Made by a program: the position numbers and the translations under genes. Of a stretch of DNA of 64,000 nucleotides, positions 1-12,185 are shown piece after piece. The DNA is taken from assembly GCF_000143415.4 (NCBI RefSeq), contig NW_003314278.1:1934362-1998361 (forward strand), given 5' to 3'. Under the pieces are notes generated by a model. The model ran no database searches and was not told the DNA's origin. It was given only the letters and a program-made list of their open reading frames with translations. This DNA comes from Selaginella moellendorffii. Taxonomy: Eukaryota; Plantae; Lycopodiophyta. Each line of letters opens with the position of its first letter. Position 1 is the first letter of the stretch.

Positions 1-960
1 GACCGAGTTCGAGACGGAGTCCGAGATCCGAAATCGGGTCCAAGACCGAGTCCGAGGTCGAGTCCGAGGTCGGGTCCGAGGTCGGGTCCGAGATCGAGTC
101 CGAAATCGAGTCCGAGACCGAATCCGAAGTCGGATCCGAAATCGGATCCGAGATCGAGCTAGAGACTAAGTCCAAATACTAATACGGGACAAGGGGTGAA
201 AGCCCAAAACGTGCGTCTCCCAGGGGGGGGGGGGGGCTGCAGGGGGTTCCAAAAGTATAGTAGGGATAGTGAGGTCCAGGAACCAGTTTTGAAGGGACTC
301 TCCAGTTGGGCTTCCAAACCGACTTGAGGTTGAGACTGGGACCGAGGGGCCTTGGGTGGGAGTGAGCATGGACTTGGCTGGTGCCGGAGGGGCCATCCAA
401 GGAAGTGCTCAAGAGCAGCTCCCACTCCCGAAAGGGAAACCGACTGCGGTGCTCCCGGCTCAGGTGGAGTGGTGCCCCACTTGAGTACCTTGTGGCTCAT
501 TGGTCCTCGCCCTTCCGGGGGCTTGGGCCTTCCCTTCGGGATGGAAGAGGGGGGGTAGAGGTACCCATACCGGGCCGTTAGGCCACGGTGTTTCGCTCCA
601 ACGTCCCGAAGCAAGTGCTGCACCCAAGGCTTGGGATTTAGAGGGTCCCATGACCAAGTCTTGTGGTACCAAGGGGTGTTAGGAATTTGGAGGTTTGGTG
701 TGCTTGGCTGCTTGTGCCTGCGGGGAGTGTAGCCGAACCTTAAGTCCAGTCTAACCCGGGGAGGGGGATTGGGAGAGATTTGGGAATCCGTAGATGGATG
801 GCTAACACTCTATTGCTCGTGCAGTAAGTAGCTGAAACCAAGTAGGAGCTGGTACCATAGGCGAGAACCTTGGCGAGGGAACTTAGCACAAGCCAAGGCA
901 GAGTTGGTTGGATAGGCGAGGTAAGCTGGCAAATTGGAAAGGAAAAATTTGTGGCTTACA
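1..960 (+). mobile_element. 5' LTR (5'-truncated by window) of Ty3/gypsy chromovirus
   Basis: Ends in ...GGCTTACA (960) directly before a PBS and gag; contains degenerate GAGTCCGAGRT-type short repeats at 1-160 resembling those in the LTRs at 18.4-19.8 kb. Confidence 0.85.
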
Positions 961-963
961 ATT

Positions 964-976
964 TGGTATCGGAGCC
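964..976 (+). promoter_or_regulatory. Primer-binding site complementary to tRNA-iMet 3' end
   Basis: TGGTATCGGAGCC, 3 nt after the LTR end; plant consensus TGGTATCAGAGC. Confidence 0.85.
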
Positions 977-3900
977 TCTTCCTCAGTTCTAGCAAAGGAT
1001 AGAGGCGGATTGCTGGGAGATGGCAAGGGCAGGACGTAAGCGAACCCAGGTAGAGACGGAACCTCCTCCAGAGCTGGAGCCTCCGGTCGAACAAGAGGCT
1101 ATGGATGAGGAATCGTTGCATGAGGAGGACTCCAGTGAGGCAACTTCCAAACAGGAGTCCGGTGGTGAGGTTCGGTCGTCCAAGGCTCGATTGGACGTTC
1201 TAGAAGGACAATTGGCACAGACCAATGCCCTGCTAGAGACTCTCGTACGCAAGCTAAAGCGTGACGAGAAGCGGAAGAAAAAGCGAAAGACTGCGGATGC
1301 TGGCAGCGCAGAAGGTGTGGACCCTTCGGCAGGGACTGAGGCAAAACCGGACAAGGTCGAACAGACCGAAGTGGAATTAGTCCCTCAGGCAGTTCCCAAG
1401 TACAAACCGAAGCCCCCACCGGTCTTCAAGGGAGTGAACGATTATAAGGTGGTGGAGGATTGGTTTTACGATATGGAGGACTACTTCTGAGCGTTGCAAT
1501 TACCGAGCTCGGAGAAGGTCCCATGTGCAAAACCATACTTGGCAGATAATGCCAAGTTTTGGTGGAGAACAACAGAGGCCAACGAAGGACCGGTGGCCAC
1601 TTGGGAAATGATGAAGGCGAGGATCCGCGCAACTTACGTTCCTCCGAATGCTACTCTGCACCTAAGGGACGAGCTGAGTAGGCTGAAGCAGACCGGAACC
1701 ATTCAGGAGTATGTGAATGGGTTTATGGCAAAGAGGATACTTGTCACGGACATGGGGGATATGGATGCGTTCCATGCCTTCATATCAGGTTTGCAAACCT
1801 GGGCTCGCGGCGAAGTAATGCGGTGGAACCCGACCAACTACAAGCGTTGGATGCAGCCATCAAGGTGCATTTCAACGATAACTTGCGAAAGGGGAACACG
1901 ATGGGGTCGGGATCCATGTTTAGCAAAGGGGCCAAACCAAGGGGAACGTTTAGCAAAGGGAAATTCAAGAGGAGTTTCTCTAAGAATGAATCCTCGGGGT
2001 TCCGGAAAGGCAAATCCGGTGGCCAGCGAGCGAGTACGTGGGGGAGTCAAGCGAAAAGAGACAAACCCACGGATAAGGAGGTCAAGTCGTATAGCAGCGT
2101 GGGAAACAACGTATGCTACAACTGCGGTGAAGCGGGACACTTCTCGAGGGAATGTCCCTACCCGAAGAAGGCCAGAGCCAATATGGCCATCAAGTCGGGT
2201 GAAGTCCAAACGGAGGTATGTGATCCAGTCCCTAACTCAAAGTTACTCATTACACGAGCAACTTTGGTAGAGAGTCGTTCGCGACATCTACTAGCCCTCC
2301 GAGGGAAGCTCGGAGGTAGCTTTGTTAAAATCCTTATTGACACGGGTGCTTCGGATAATTTTGTGGCTGCAGACATAGTCCGGCAAGCCGGACTAACGGT
2401 GCAGCGGCTAGGCGAACCAAGGACTATAGAGTTTGTTCAAGGTAGCCAAAGCACCGATGAGGTACTTCGACAAGCAAAAGTCGAAGTGGGGACTTGGAAG
2501 GTGGACATGGATTTCACCGTGTTGGACATGGCGGGATTTGACGTGATCTTCGGAATGGACTGGTTCAATCGATTCGTGGTAGCCTTGCATGGACAAGGTA
2601 GAAACCTTGTGGTACTGGCGAATGCCCAAGGAAGAAGATCTAGGGTGGAGGCCCAAGATCTAAAGGTAGGGCAAAGCAAGGCCAAAGATTCCTGCTTAAA
2701 CCTGGTGTCCACAAGAGGACAACTCACTAAAGGAACTAAGGCGGCCTTTTTGTGCTTACTCTCGGTGAAGAGTGACAAAAAGACAGGAATGGAAGAAGTA
2801 CCTTTAGTGATCCAGCGGGTGTTGAACCAATTCCAGGATACCATGCCGGAGGAGCTACCGGCGGGGCTACCCCCAGCACGACCGATAGAACATAAGATTG
2901 AGCTGGTCGAGGGTGCTGAGGCAGTGGTTCGTCCCCCTTATCGTTTGAACGAAAAAGAACTCAAGGAGCTCAAGTGCCAACTAGAGGAGTTGGTGGAAAA
3001 AGGGTATGTTAGGTTGAGCAAGTCGCCGTATGGGGCGCCGGTGTTATTTGTGAAAAAGAAAGATGGATCTATGCGCATGTGCATAGACTACCGCTTGCTC
3101 AACAAGTATACAAAGAAGAACAAGTACCCTTTGCCAAGGATTGAGGACCTGTTCGATAGGTTGGGAAAGGCAAAATACTTCTCGAGGATTGACCTAAGGT
3201 CAGGATACTACCAGATCAGGGTAGCCGAGGAAGATGTCGAGAAGACAACCTGTCGAACGAGGTATGGGAGCTTTGAGTTTCTGGTGATGCCCTTCGGGCT
3301 ATGTAATGCGCCGGCAACGTTTTCGGCGCTAATGAACCACATCTTTGTACCCTATCTGGATCACTTCGTGGTTGTCTATATCAACGACATCCTGATCTAT
3401 AGCGAGACGCTAGAGGAGCATGCCGAACACTTGGCGAAGGTGTTTGAGAAACTAAGGGAACACAAGCTGTATGGTAAAGAGAGCAAATGTGACTTTGCTC
3501 AACAAGAGGTAAAGTTTCTCGGGCATGTGGTGGGCCAGGACGGGCTCAAGGTGGACCCGGAGAAGGTCCAAGCGATCCAGGAATGGGAGCGACCGTCCAA
3601 TGTACACGAGTTGAGGGCATTCCTGGGGCTATGCAACTACTATCGAAAGTTTATCAGACACTATTTGAGAGTAGCCCTGCCCTTAACGGACCAAACAGGA
3701 AAAGGGAAGATGGTGTGGACAGCGGAATGCGAGGCGGCATTCGTCCACCTCAAAGGGAAGTTGAGGAAGGCTCCCGTATTGGCATTACCAGACTTCGGTA
3801 AAGACTTTGAGGTAGAAACGGATGCTTCGGACTTTGCGTTGGGCGCAGTGTTGAAGCAAGACAACCATCCGGTAGCTTTCTTCTCGAAGAAGCTGGACAA

Positions 3901-4889
3901 GGCTCAACGGAAGTGGCCTGCCCACGAGAAGGAATTGTTTGCGGTGGTCAAGGCGCTCAAGGAGTGGCGACACTACCTTGGGAGACACTTCAAGGTTTAC
4001 ACGGACAATGTGGCAATGAAACACTTCTTATCACAGCCCGACCTAAGAGGGAAACAAGATCGGTGGGCCAATGCCTTGGCCGAGTTTGATTGCAAAATTC
4101 TGTATAAGCCGGGGAAGAGCAACATCGTGGCGGATGCGCTAAGTCGAAAAGCGAGCTTGAGGTTGGCAATATCCAGCACAACAGCAACCTTCTGGGACGA
4201 TGTGCAGACAGCATATAAGAACGATGGTCTAGCACAGGAAGTGTTGCTGAGGAATCTAGAGGCGCGGGAAGCTCACCAGAGAGGTGAGCTGCCAACGGAA
4301 GAGAAAACGGGCTATGCGGAACGCAACGGACTCATTTATTACAAGCAAACGAGGGTGTATGTTCCAGAAGGGGAACTAAGGAAGGTGGCCTTAGAAGAGT
4401 GTAATGATGGACCTCTTGCGGGACACGGCGGAGTGCCCAAGACGATGGGCTTACTCAAAAGGAAGTACCATTGGCCAGATATGGCTAAGGACGTCCAAGA
4501 CTATGTAAAGACATGTCCAACATGTCAGCAGGTAAAGGCCGTGACTAAGGCTAGTGGGGGCTTGTTGCAAAGCATCCCAATTCCAGATCACCCGTGGAAA
4601 TGTCTTACGATGGACTTCATCACGGGACTCCCCCCAAGCGAGGTGTTTGATGCGATATTCGTGGTGGTGGACCGATTTTCAAAAATGGCACACTTCATAC
4701 CCACCACAACGGAGGTGGATGCGGAAGGTGTGGCAAAGCTGTTCTTCAAACAAGTGGTTCGAGTGCGGGGAAGACCGGAAGAGATCATCTCAGATCGAGA
4801 TAAGATCTTCACCAGTAGGTTCTGGAGGACTCTCCTAGAACAGTATCGCACCAAGTTGAAATTCAGCACAGCCTATCACCCACAGACAG

Positions 4890-4935
4890 GTATGGGGTAT
4901 TGAGTCAAGTTGTTGGCACTAACACTTCTTGACAG
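4890..4935 (+). other. 46-nt GT-AG intron inside integrase (motif HPQT-D-GQTER)
   Basis: ACA G|GTATGG...GGCACTAACACTTCTTGACAG|AC GGA CAA ACG GAA; removal restores HPQTDGQTER in frame; branch-like CTAAC at 4919-4923. Confidence 0.85.
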
Positions 4936-5353
4936 ACGGACAAACGGAAAGGGTGAATAGGCAGCTGGAGGATTATTTGCGATGCTATGTCTCGGGAGAC
5001 CAGACCGATTGGGTAAGTCATTTGGGACTTGTGGAAATGTGTTATAACAACTCACCACATTCGAGTATCGGGGTGAGTCCATGGGAAGTCATCAATGGGC
5101 GAGCTATTGAAGGTCCTGTGGAACTCGGTGTGGCCAAGTATTATGGAGAGTTGCCCGCAGTGGAGGCATTCACGGCGGAAAGACTCAGCATTTGGAATCT
5201 AGTGAGGGATTCCTTGGAACGGGCTCAACAAAGGCAAACCAAATACGCGAACCAGAAGCGTCGGGATGTAGAGTTCCAAGCTGGGGAGAAGGTGTGGCTG
5301 AACACCAAGAACCTCAGACTACCAAGTGGGATCAGCCGAAAGTTGACCCAAAG

Positions 5354-5405
5354 GTAAAGATGCATGTATTCTTGTAAATGAATTGATCTTGAGTTCCTTA
5401 AACAG
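5354..5405 (+). other. 52-nt GT-AG intron in integrase C-terminal GPY/F region
   Basis: CAA AG|GTAAAG...TTAAACAG|G TTC GCG GGG CCT TAC; removal restores KLTQRFAGPY and joins ORFs 4929-5357 and 5383-5601. Confidence 0.85.
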
Positions 5406-5773
5406 GTTCGCGGGGCCTTACGAGATTGAGGCACGAATTGGTAAAGTGGCTCACCGACTCCGACTTCCTCGAGAGATGGGGAAGATGCACCCAGTGTTCC
5501 ACGTGAACTTACTCAAGCCGTACTTTGAGGATCCGCTTCGCAAGGACCAAGTGAGACCTTTACCTGAGGTTATCCAAGGGGAAGAGGAATACGAGGTCTA
5601 GGCCATCCTCAATGCGCACAAGAGCAAGCGACAAGGACGCGAGGTGAGAGAGTTCCATGTGAAGTGGAAAGGATTTCCACACTGCGAAGCAACATGGGAA
5701 CCTGAGGAGAACCTAGCGAATGCGTGAGATCTAGTGGAGGAATTTCTGCAAGGCAGAACTCTATGTACTTATA

Positions 5774-5796
5774 AGCTCTATTTCGTTAAAGTGGGA
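5774..5796 (+). repeat. Left terminal inverted repeat
   Basis: Exact reverse complement of 18121-18143. Confidence 0.9.
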
Positions 5797-6263
5797 ATTG
5801 TCATTATCCCACTTGTAAAATAAGGTTTCCAAACCTTTATATAGTATATAAATATAACAAAATTCAACTGCATTGAGGCACATGCCATTTTATTTTAAAC
5901 AAGGAAATGTCTACTCAATCACTTCTCCTCCCGCTGCCACTGCTTCACCTCTCTCTTCTCCTTGTCATCGTCGTCCAATTTCTTTCCATCCTTTTAATAT
6001 TGGCTCAGTTGCTCCGAGTCTAGGTGGAGCCCAAGTCCCCATTCAATCTTTACTTTCCCATTATTAATAAAACAACTTCGTAGACTTCCAATAACATGCT
6101 ATAACACTTCTAGTATAATGCAAATCCTCTCAAAGAATTGTCTTTTAATATTAATACAATGGCATGGAACCCCATGCCATAATAAGTTACATTTTTAAAT
6201 AAATACATGCCATCTCAGACTGTTATTTTTTGCCTCCAACGCCTATACAATAATCTTGGAATT

Positions 6264-9200
6264 TCATCTCTCCACACTATCAGGATTTAAACCCAATAGT
6301 AATGCCATCTCTTCTCTAATACGTCCACACTCATGTTCAGTGGTCGAAGAACCCATCCGGTTGAGCAAATTATGGAGATGCGGATAGTGCTTGGCTAGAC
6401 AATATACATGCCATAAATGATGACTGGTGTCTGTCCGATCAAATGGCTTCTGATATACCGTTCCATCTGCCATTTGGTTGATTTCTGCAACCACCTCCTG
6501 GACTGGCCGGTTCTCTATCACCATCGCTCCAAGCCATTTTGCAAGGTCCCCCAGAACATACGGTTTCTTCTCCCTAGTTTCCATACTGCAAGAGATGGGG
6601 TGCACTGCATATGTGTGCGTGTTCGCTGCAGTTTTAATCGGCGAGTCATCGATGATGAGGATTTCACTTGAGCTAGCAGTCCGGTTCATCACTACAGCCT
6701 CTGGCTTGACGAAGATGGGCTTGCTACCCCTCACATGGACCATAGTCAAGCAATCCTCCTGCGTTAGGAAAAATTCAAATGGTAATATTACTCGCGTCTG
6801 ATCGTGCATCATCTGTAGCAACGTTAATGCATTGTGGCGCATCATGGATGTCCAAACTCCCAATTGCAAATTGAACCCGGCCCTCTGTTTTAAGTGTCGC
6901 ATGGTCATTATTAGATCCCGCAGTTTCTCCCGTGTGATTAATGTGAATCTGTCTCTTTTGACCAACTTGCGACTGCAAGCTTTGGAGGGTGCAATGACAT
7001 TCGAGGACGAGCCACGCTCATGGGAGAAAAGGACACCGTTCAGATCAAAAACGATACAGTACCTTCACCGTGACTCTGAAATGAAATGCGTCAGCATAAA
7101 AAATGGTACAAGTCAATTTTACCATCTACAATATTAGCGAATGTTGCTCCCGATGGTCGTTGAGAGGGTTTTGGTCGAGGAAACGTGAAGGGCGGAAATA
7201 CTCTCCTCTGCAATGTGGGGTCAATCGCATCCGATGGCGTGTGGGCACATGCCATTTCAGCTGTAGACTCTGGTACAACTGGCTCAACAGTGGCATGGGG
7301 TGGTTCCGATGGCGTGTGATCACACGCCATTTCAGCTGGTGCCTCCGTTGGCAAAGTGGACATGACCGAACAGGCAGCAGGGGCGGTGTAGGGAGGTTCC
7401 AACGGCGCGTAGTCAGACGATTGGGCACACGTTGAGTCCGTTGGAAATGAGGATACGACCGGCTCGGCGGCTGGGGCGGCCTCATGTGGGTCCAATGGCG
7501 CCTGGTCACCGTTAGTTGGATACGTGGACAAGATTGACTCAGTGGTATGGGCAGCATCAAGTGGAGCGTGGTCAGCTTGCTTGGCGTTGATATGGATAGT
7601 AGCCTCCACCAGCTCTGATGACTCTTGCAGCCAAGTAGAGTCCACTGGCGGATCCATATGCATGTCCAAATATCTCCCTTCGATTGAGATGGTATCCTCC
7701 CGTGCTACTAAAAACAAACTCATTAGCACATTGAATCGACTATACTGTATTTACCATCAACTGCTATTGAGGAACTAGGACCGATATCACTTGAGCGCAC
7801 TGCTGATTCTGAAGGATTGGACATACGTTTCGACCCTTGCTTGGCACTATCCTTCCTCGACACTAAAGGCTAGAGTTTGTAAATTCAACTGAATAATCTC
7901 TACTTACCATTTGCTCTGCGACCTACATGGACAATGTTAGAAATGGTAAAAGGTTAGGAATGGATGTATTATTATTTACCTGATGGTTTGTCTTGTATGA
8001 CCTTCCTCCGCCGCTCTTTGGCCACCTCAGGCTGGCCATCGTCGTCATTATCGTCGTCGTCGTTATTGTGATCGTCACCATTGTGAGGACCATCCAAGTC
8101 CTCTTCGTCCTCCTCTTCTTCGTCCTCCTCTTCTTTGTCCTCCTCTTCGTCCTTCTGCTCTTCCTGCTCATTATCTTTCTCTGGCTCCTCATCCCCCTCC
8201 TGCATTTCTTCCATAGGCTGCTCAGGCTGGATGGCTTGTTCTTCCAGGACCATCTTGGGAAAATCATCTGGCCGAGTCTCCATCTCAAAATACAAGACAT
8301 CCATAGCCTGTTTTAGTGCGTGACCTAGGACCGTATCCTCACCCGACTGTCTTAACATGGTTTCTGCACGTTCTTGCACCCTTCGAAGACGACGAGATGA
8401 GAAAAACGTGGCCCTGCCTTGAAAAGCTTCCCTCATCCATTGTACCTCTCCATTGAGATTGGGGAAGGGGAGTCCGCCATAGGAATCTGAGTCATGAGGT
8501 GGTGACTGCCTGCTTTCACTCAGCCCTTGATCTGCAATGAATGGCATGAGCACACACGCCATAACCGCGAGGCATTACCTATCATCTTTTCGTTGCCCTT
8601 CTTCCTTTTCGAATCAAACGCCTCTGATCTCGACGACTGTCCAACGTGCTTTCGCTTTTTATGACCACTGTCAGTTTGAGCTTGGCTGGTGCTTGCCTGT
8701 TTTGCCTTTGAAGAAGTTTCTCCTGCAAGGAATGGCATGAGACCACACGCCATTGCAAATATAATTTGTACCTCCTTTTTTCCTATTGCTTGTCTGTTTG
8801 TCCTTCTTCGATGCGCCACCAGTGCGCTTTTCAGTCCTCGTGTCTGAATATTCACAACGATCTATAATCAAAATGGCGTGAGGCCTCACGTGACCTTACC
8901 TTGTGCAGGTTGTGAGCTCGGCCCAACATGGGTATCTTCAACAGTAGCTGTTAACGCCGTTTCAGCATCTGGGGGTGGCCACGCTCCTGCATACAGAGCT
9001 TGTGAGATAACATTTAAACTTAAAGTGCGTACTCACCAGGTTCGCAGAGAAGATACTGTTTTTCTTTGGCAACTGTAATTATATGCTCCATTGAAGTCAC
9101 CTCTTCAATGGAGTTTGTCACCGCAACACACGGGACACCCTTGAGTAGTGCGGCTCGAAAGAATAGTCCGCCGCAGTTGTACTCGACAACGCATTTGCCC

Positions 9201-11614
9201 TTGGAGTCGGAAGCAGGTGACCCACCCGCTATTGCGTTGAAGACCAAGCTGAGCATTTCCCATGCTGCACCTGGAGCTTTCTTTGGATTCGAAAGCTCCA
9301 TAGCCGTCTTCAGTTCCTCAGGCACGGGTAAATTGACCTCCCTCAGATCAATTCGATTGGCCTTGTCGAACGAAGCTGGGAAGTCACTCCAGTCCCACTC
9401 TGCTGCAGGACCAATAACAAGGGCGAGTGTGAAGATGCGGACATTCGTCGGTATCTTCTTCTTAGCCATTATCCCATGGATCTCCCGCATCTCCTTGCCT
9501 TTCAACCGAGCCTTCACCTCGTTCAAGGCCTTCCAGAACTTGTGATAGGATTCGGAGTCGTAGATCATATAGTGGACTGAAGATTCCACCTCCGCAAGTC
9601 CCACCATTAAGTCAATGATGGAGCTGACTTCGTCTGCATGAGTGATCTCCTCGTTTATGAAGTCCATCACACAAAAGATGTTCTTGACCTGCTCATCTCC
9701 GCGGGAAACGATGCTCCTCCACCTTTGATCCTCATCCGAATTCAAGTATACCCGGTAAGGTTCTCGATAGGCCTCTGCTGCGGGGTCGAGCTATTTCTAA
9801 AGCCGGCGGTCGACATCAATCTTAATGAAATTTGGATACTGATCCAACTTCTCAGCTTTACTTTTCGTGGCATCCCGCAGCAGATCGATGAACTTGGGGG
9901 CCCCCTTCACGTACTCGTCGATGTCTTCATTTGACAACTCCAGCGCTTCCATCATCTCTTGCGTGGTGTCGATGCTCACCCTCTCCACGGCCACTTGCTC
10001 GAAGATCCAATCCTTCAATAGCGCACGAGCTCTCAGAGTCGTGCACAAGTCCTCGTATGTCACAATATGGCCGGGAGTCATTTTGGTCTTGTTGAAGACT
10101 ACCTCACCACGTAGAAGAGCATTAGCCACTGTCAGAAGGTCGTCGTCGTCTAGAGACCGCGAGAAACGCAAGGCGTTGAGCTTCAAATCATTGGGCTTCC
10201 GGCCGTCCTCCACACCCATTGAGTTTGGCAACTCCCCGTCATGGTACCTCCTCAGCACATCTACCCATTTGTCAGAAACAACTTTTGTCGCGAGTAGAAT
10301 GTTATGGATGCTGAGTGTGTCATTGACCCCCAGTGTTTTCGAGAGAAGACTCGAGAATTCCTGCAATGGAAATGGCGTGAGGCCACATGCTATGCCACAT
10401 ACAACGAGGCTTACCTGCCAGGCGCTAGTTGCTAGTGCACGTCCTTGTCCTGGTTTTTGTGGCTTCTTCAGTTGAACCCAGAGCTTCCGTGTTCGTGCCA
10501 GTGTCTCGTGCAGACCCGATTTGTAGCATGTTTCTTGCTTGACATTCTGCGCGTGGGAGATGTATATGATAGATCGGAGGGGCGAGTTGCCTTTTATCAG
10601 GCGGACAACTCTTGTCTTGAAGACTTTCTTCACCTCCTCGCCCACCATAATATCCACAACTATCTCTTGCATCGCCAAGCTAGAATGCTGCCCGGAGACG
10701 GCATAAAACCGGATGTTCTGATCGTCCAACACCTTCCTATTGATCAAGTCTGGAAACCTCATCTCGCCCTTCATTTTTTGGTAGTAGGGGATCACGTCTG
10801 TGATGTCGGGTGTTACTGGACTTGCCAGCATCTTCTGCTTCAATTTCTCCACCCACTCATCAGATACTAGCCTGTGGTTGTATTTGCTTTGGATGTCGAT
10901 ACGGCTCACGTCGATTGTATACACTTTGTTGGAATAGTAACAAGTACTATTATCTGCGACGATTTTTGCTGCCTCTTCTTGCTCTTTCTGCTCTTTGCGG
11001 CTCTTCTTTTTGGTGGGTGTAGTGTTCGAACCCGAGGCAATGGCATCACTGAGTAGCTTCTTTTTTGGAGCAGGAGAGTCGGACGTCGGCTTGAGCTTGA
11101 CCACCCTTTTCTGCTTCGAGGTAGTTTCCAGATCGACCCCCTTCCCCTTTGCTTCGCGAACTGGAGTCACTCTCAACGGCTCAATGTTGGAATATAGTTT
11201 TTGAACATCGCCGTAGGTGAGGTCCGTGGATTCCATGTGATCTTCATAGACCCGCAGCGTCTTTGAAATTGTGGGCCTCCTGGACAACCTCTCCCTAGCT
11301 CCCTCTAGGAATTCCTCATAGCCGCTGCCCCCCTCTAGGAAGCCGCTAGGATGTGCAAGGTGGATCTTGAAGGCAGCCGCTGTCTCTACCACAAGTGCCA
11401 GTCCATATTCTTGCATGGAACTGCATGGAGTGTCTGTCACTTGGATGAGGATCCCCATGCATTCTTTTCTCCCACCATCTATGTTGTACAGCCTCAGATC
11501 CTCGCCTTCCATCCCGAAAGTCCAACTGGTGAGCTCCTCCCCCTTCTCTGCATCCACATTGACAGTGGCTGGAAGAAGAACGCAATTCCTCGCCTGTTCA
11601 GAAATGCACAACAA
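6264..11614 (-). pseudogene. Transposon cargo gene (~1,600 aa; 5' end unresolved): ParB-like, DNA-MTase-like, disordered/acidic, FCP1/HAD phosphatase-like
   Basis: Nine GT-AG introns (10361-10414, 8987-9036, 8844-8899, 8723-8771, 8532-8578, 7923-7979, 7863-7907, 7708-7754, 7076-7122) join all minus-strand ORFs in one frame. Three in-frame stops (9797-9799, 9791-9793, 7065-7067). Motifs: IDVSRI..NHR..VEKL..FYAVSGQHS.LA..AQN (ParB-like); VVEYNCGG.FFRAALLKGVPCVAV (SAM-binding motif I-like); IVFDLNGVL..VWTS..ILIIDDSP.K..N (FCP1/NIF HAD). Confidence 0.72.
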
Positions 11615-12035
11615 TTAGAGCTGACAGATGAAAAGCTAGTAGCTGGAAATAACGTGAGGCCACACGCCATTCACCACTGCATCAGATGTCTTGAGGCTGC
11701 ATCCTAAGATGGCGTGAGGCTACACGCCATCTGTAACCGGACTGCACTCGAGAGCCCAATCGGTGCATGCCAATGTTGCTACTGAATGGCATGTGGCCTC
11801 ATGCCATTTTCTACTTGGCCTAAAAGACTTACCATTTGAAGCCGAATGGAGGCGTGACAACCGGACTCGCTGGCGAATGTGCACTGTGTGTGCAGCGGAT
11901 CGTAGCAGCAAGGCTACTCTGCCACTTACAGTTGGAGAGTGGCACTGAAATCTCCCGGGACGCCAAGTGGGCTGCGTGTGGGTGGCGGAGTGGGCGGCGG
12001 AGTTGGCGGCGAAGTTACAAACTGGGTGTGTCTTG

Positions 12036-12185
12036 AAGTGGACGCCGATGCACATGAGCGCGATGCGAGCGCGAGTGTGATGCAAGCGCGAGTGGACGCC
12101 GATGCACACGAGAAACCTGTAGAGAAGTGGGAGCGCGAGTGGGAGCGCGATGCGAGCGCGAGTGTGCGAGCGCGAGTACGAAGCA
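12036..12185. repeat. CpG-rich short tandem repeats upstream of cargo gene
   Basis: Repeated GTGGACGCCGATGCAC and GATGCGAGCGCGAGTG units. Confidence 0.65.

Larger units (their letters stand above)
1020..5760 (+). pseudogene. Gag-Pol polyprotein of Ty3/gypsy chromovirus (Galadriel-like): gag, CCHC knuckle, protease, RT, RNase H, integrase, chromodomain; decayed
   Basis: Motifs: [42 protein letters not shown] (YxDD mutated to YxND), ETDASD, YTDNVA, TMDF...[24 protein letters not shown], chromodomain YEV..IL..EFHVKWKGFPHCEATWEPEENL. Lesions: TGA 1488-1490, frameshift near 1830, TAG 5599-5601, TGA 5725-5727. Confidence 0.93.

Noticed and set aside
222-237. Poly-G run in LTR
   Set aside because: Simple homopolymer; length unreliable and no evidence of function
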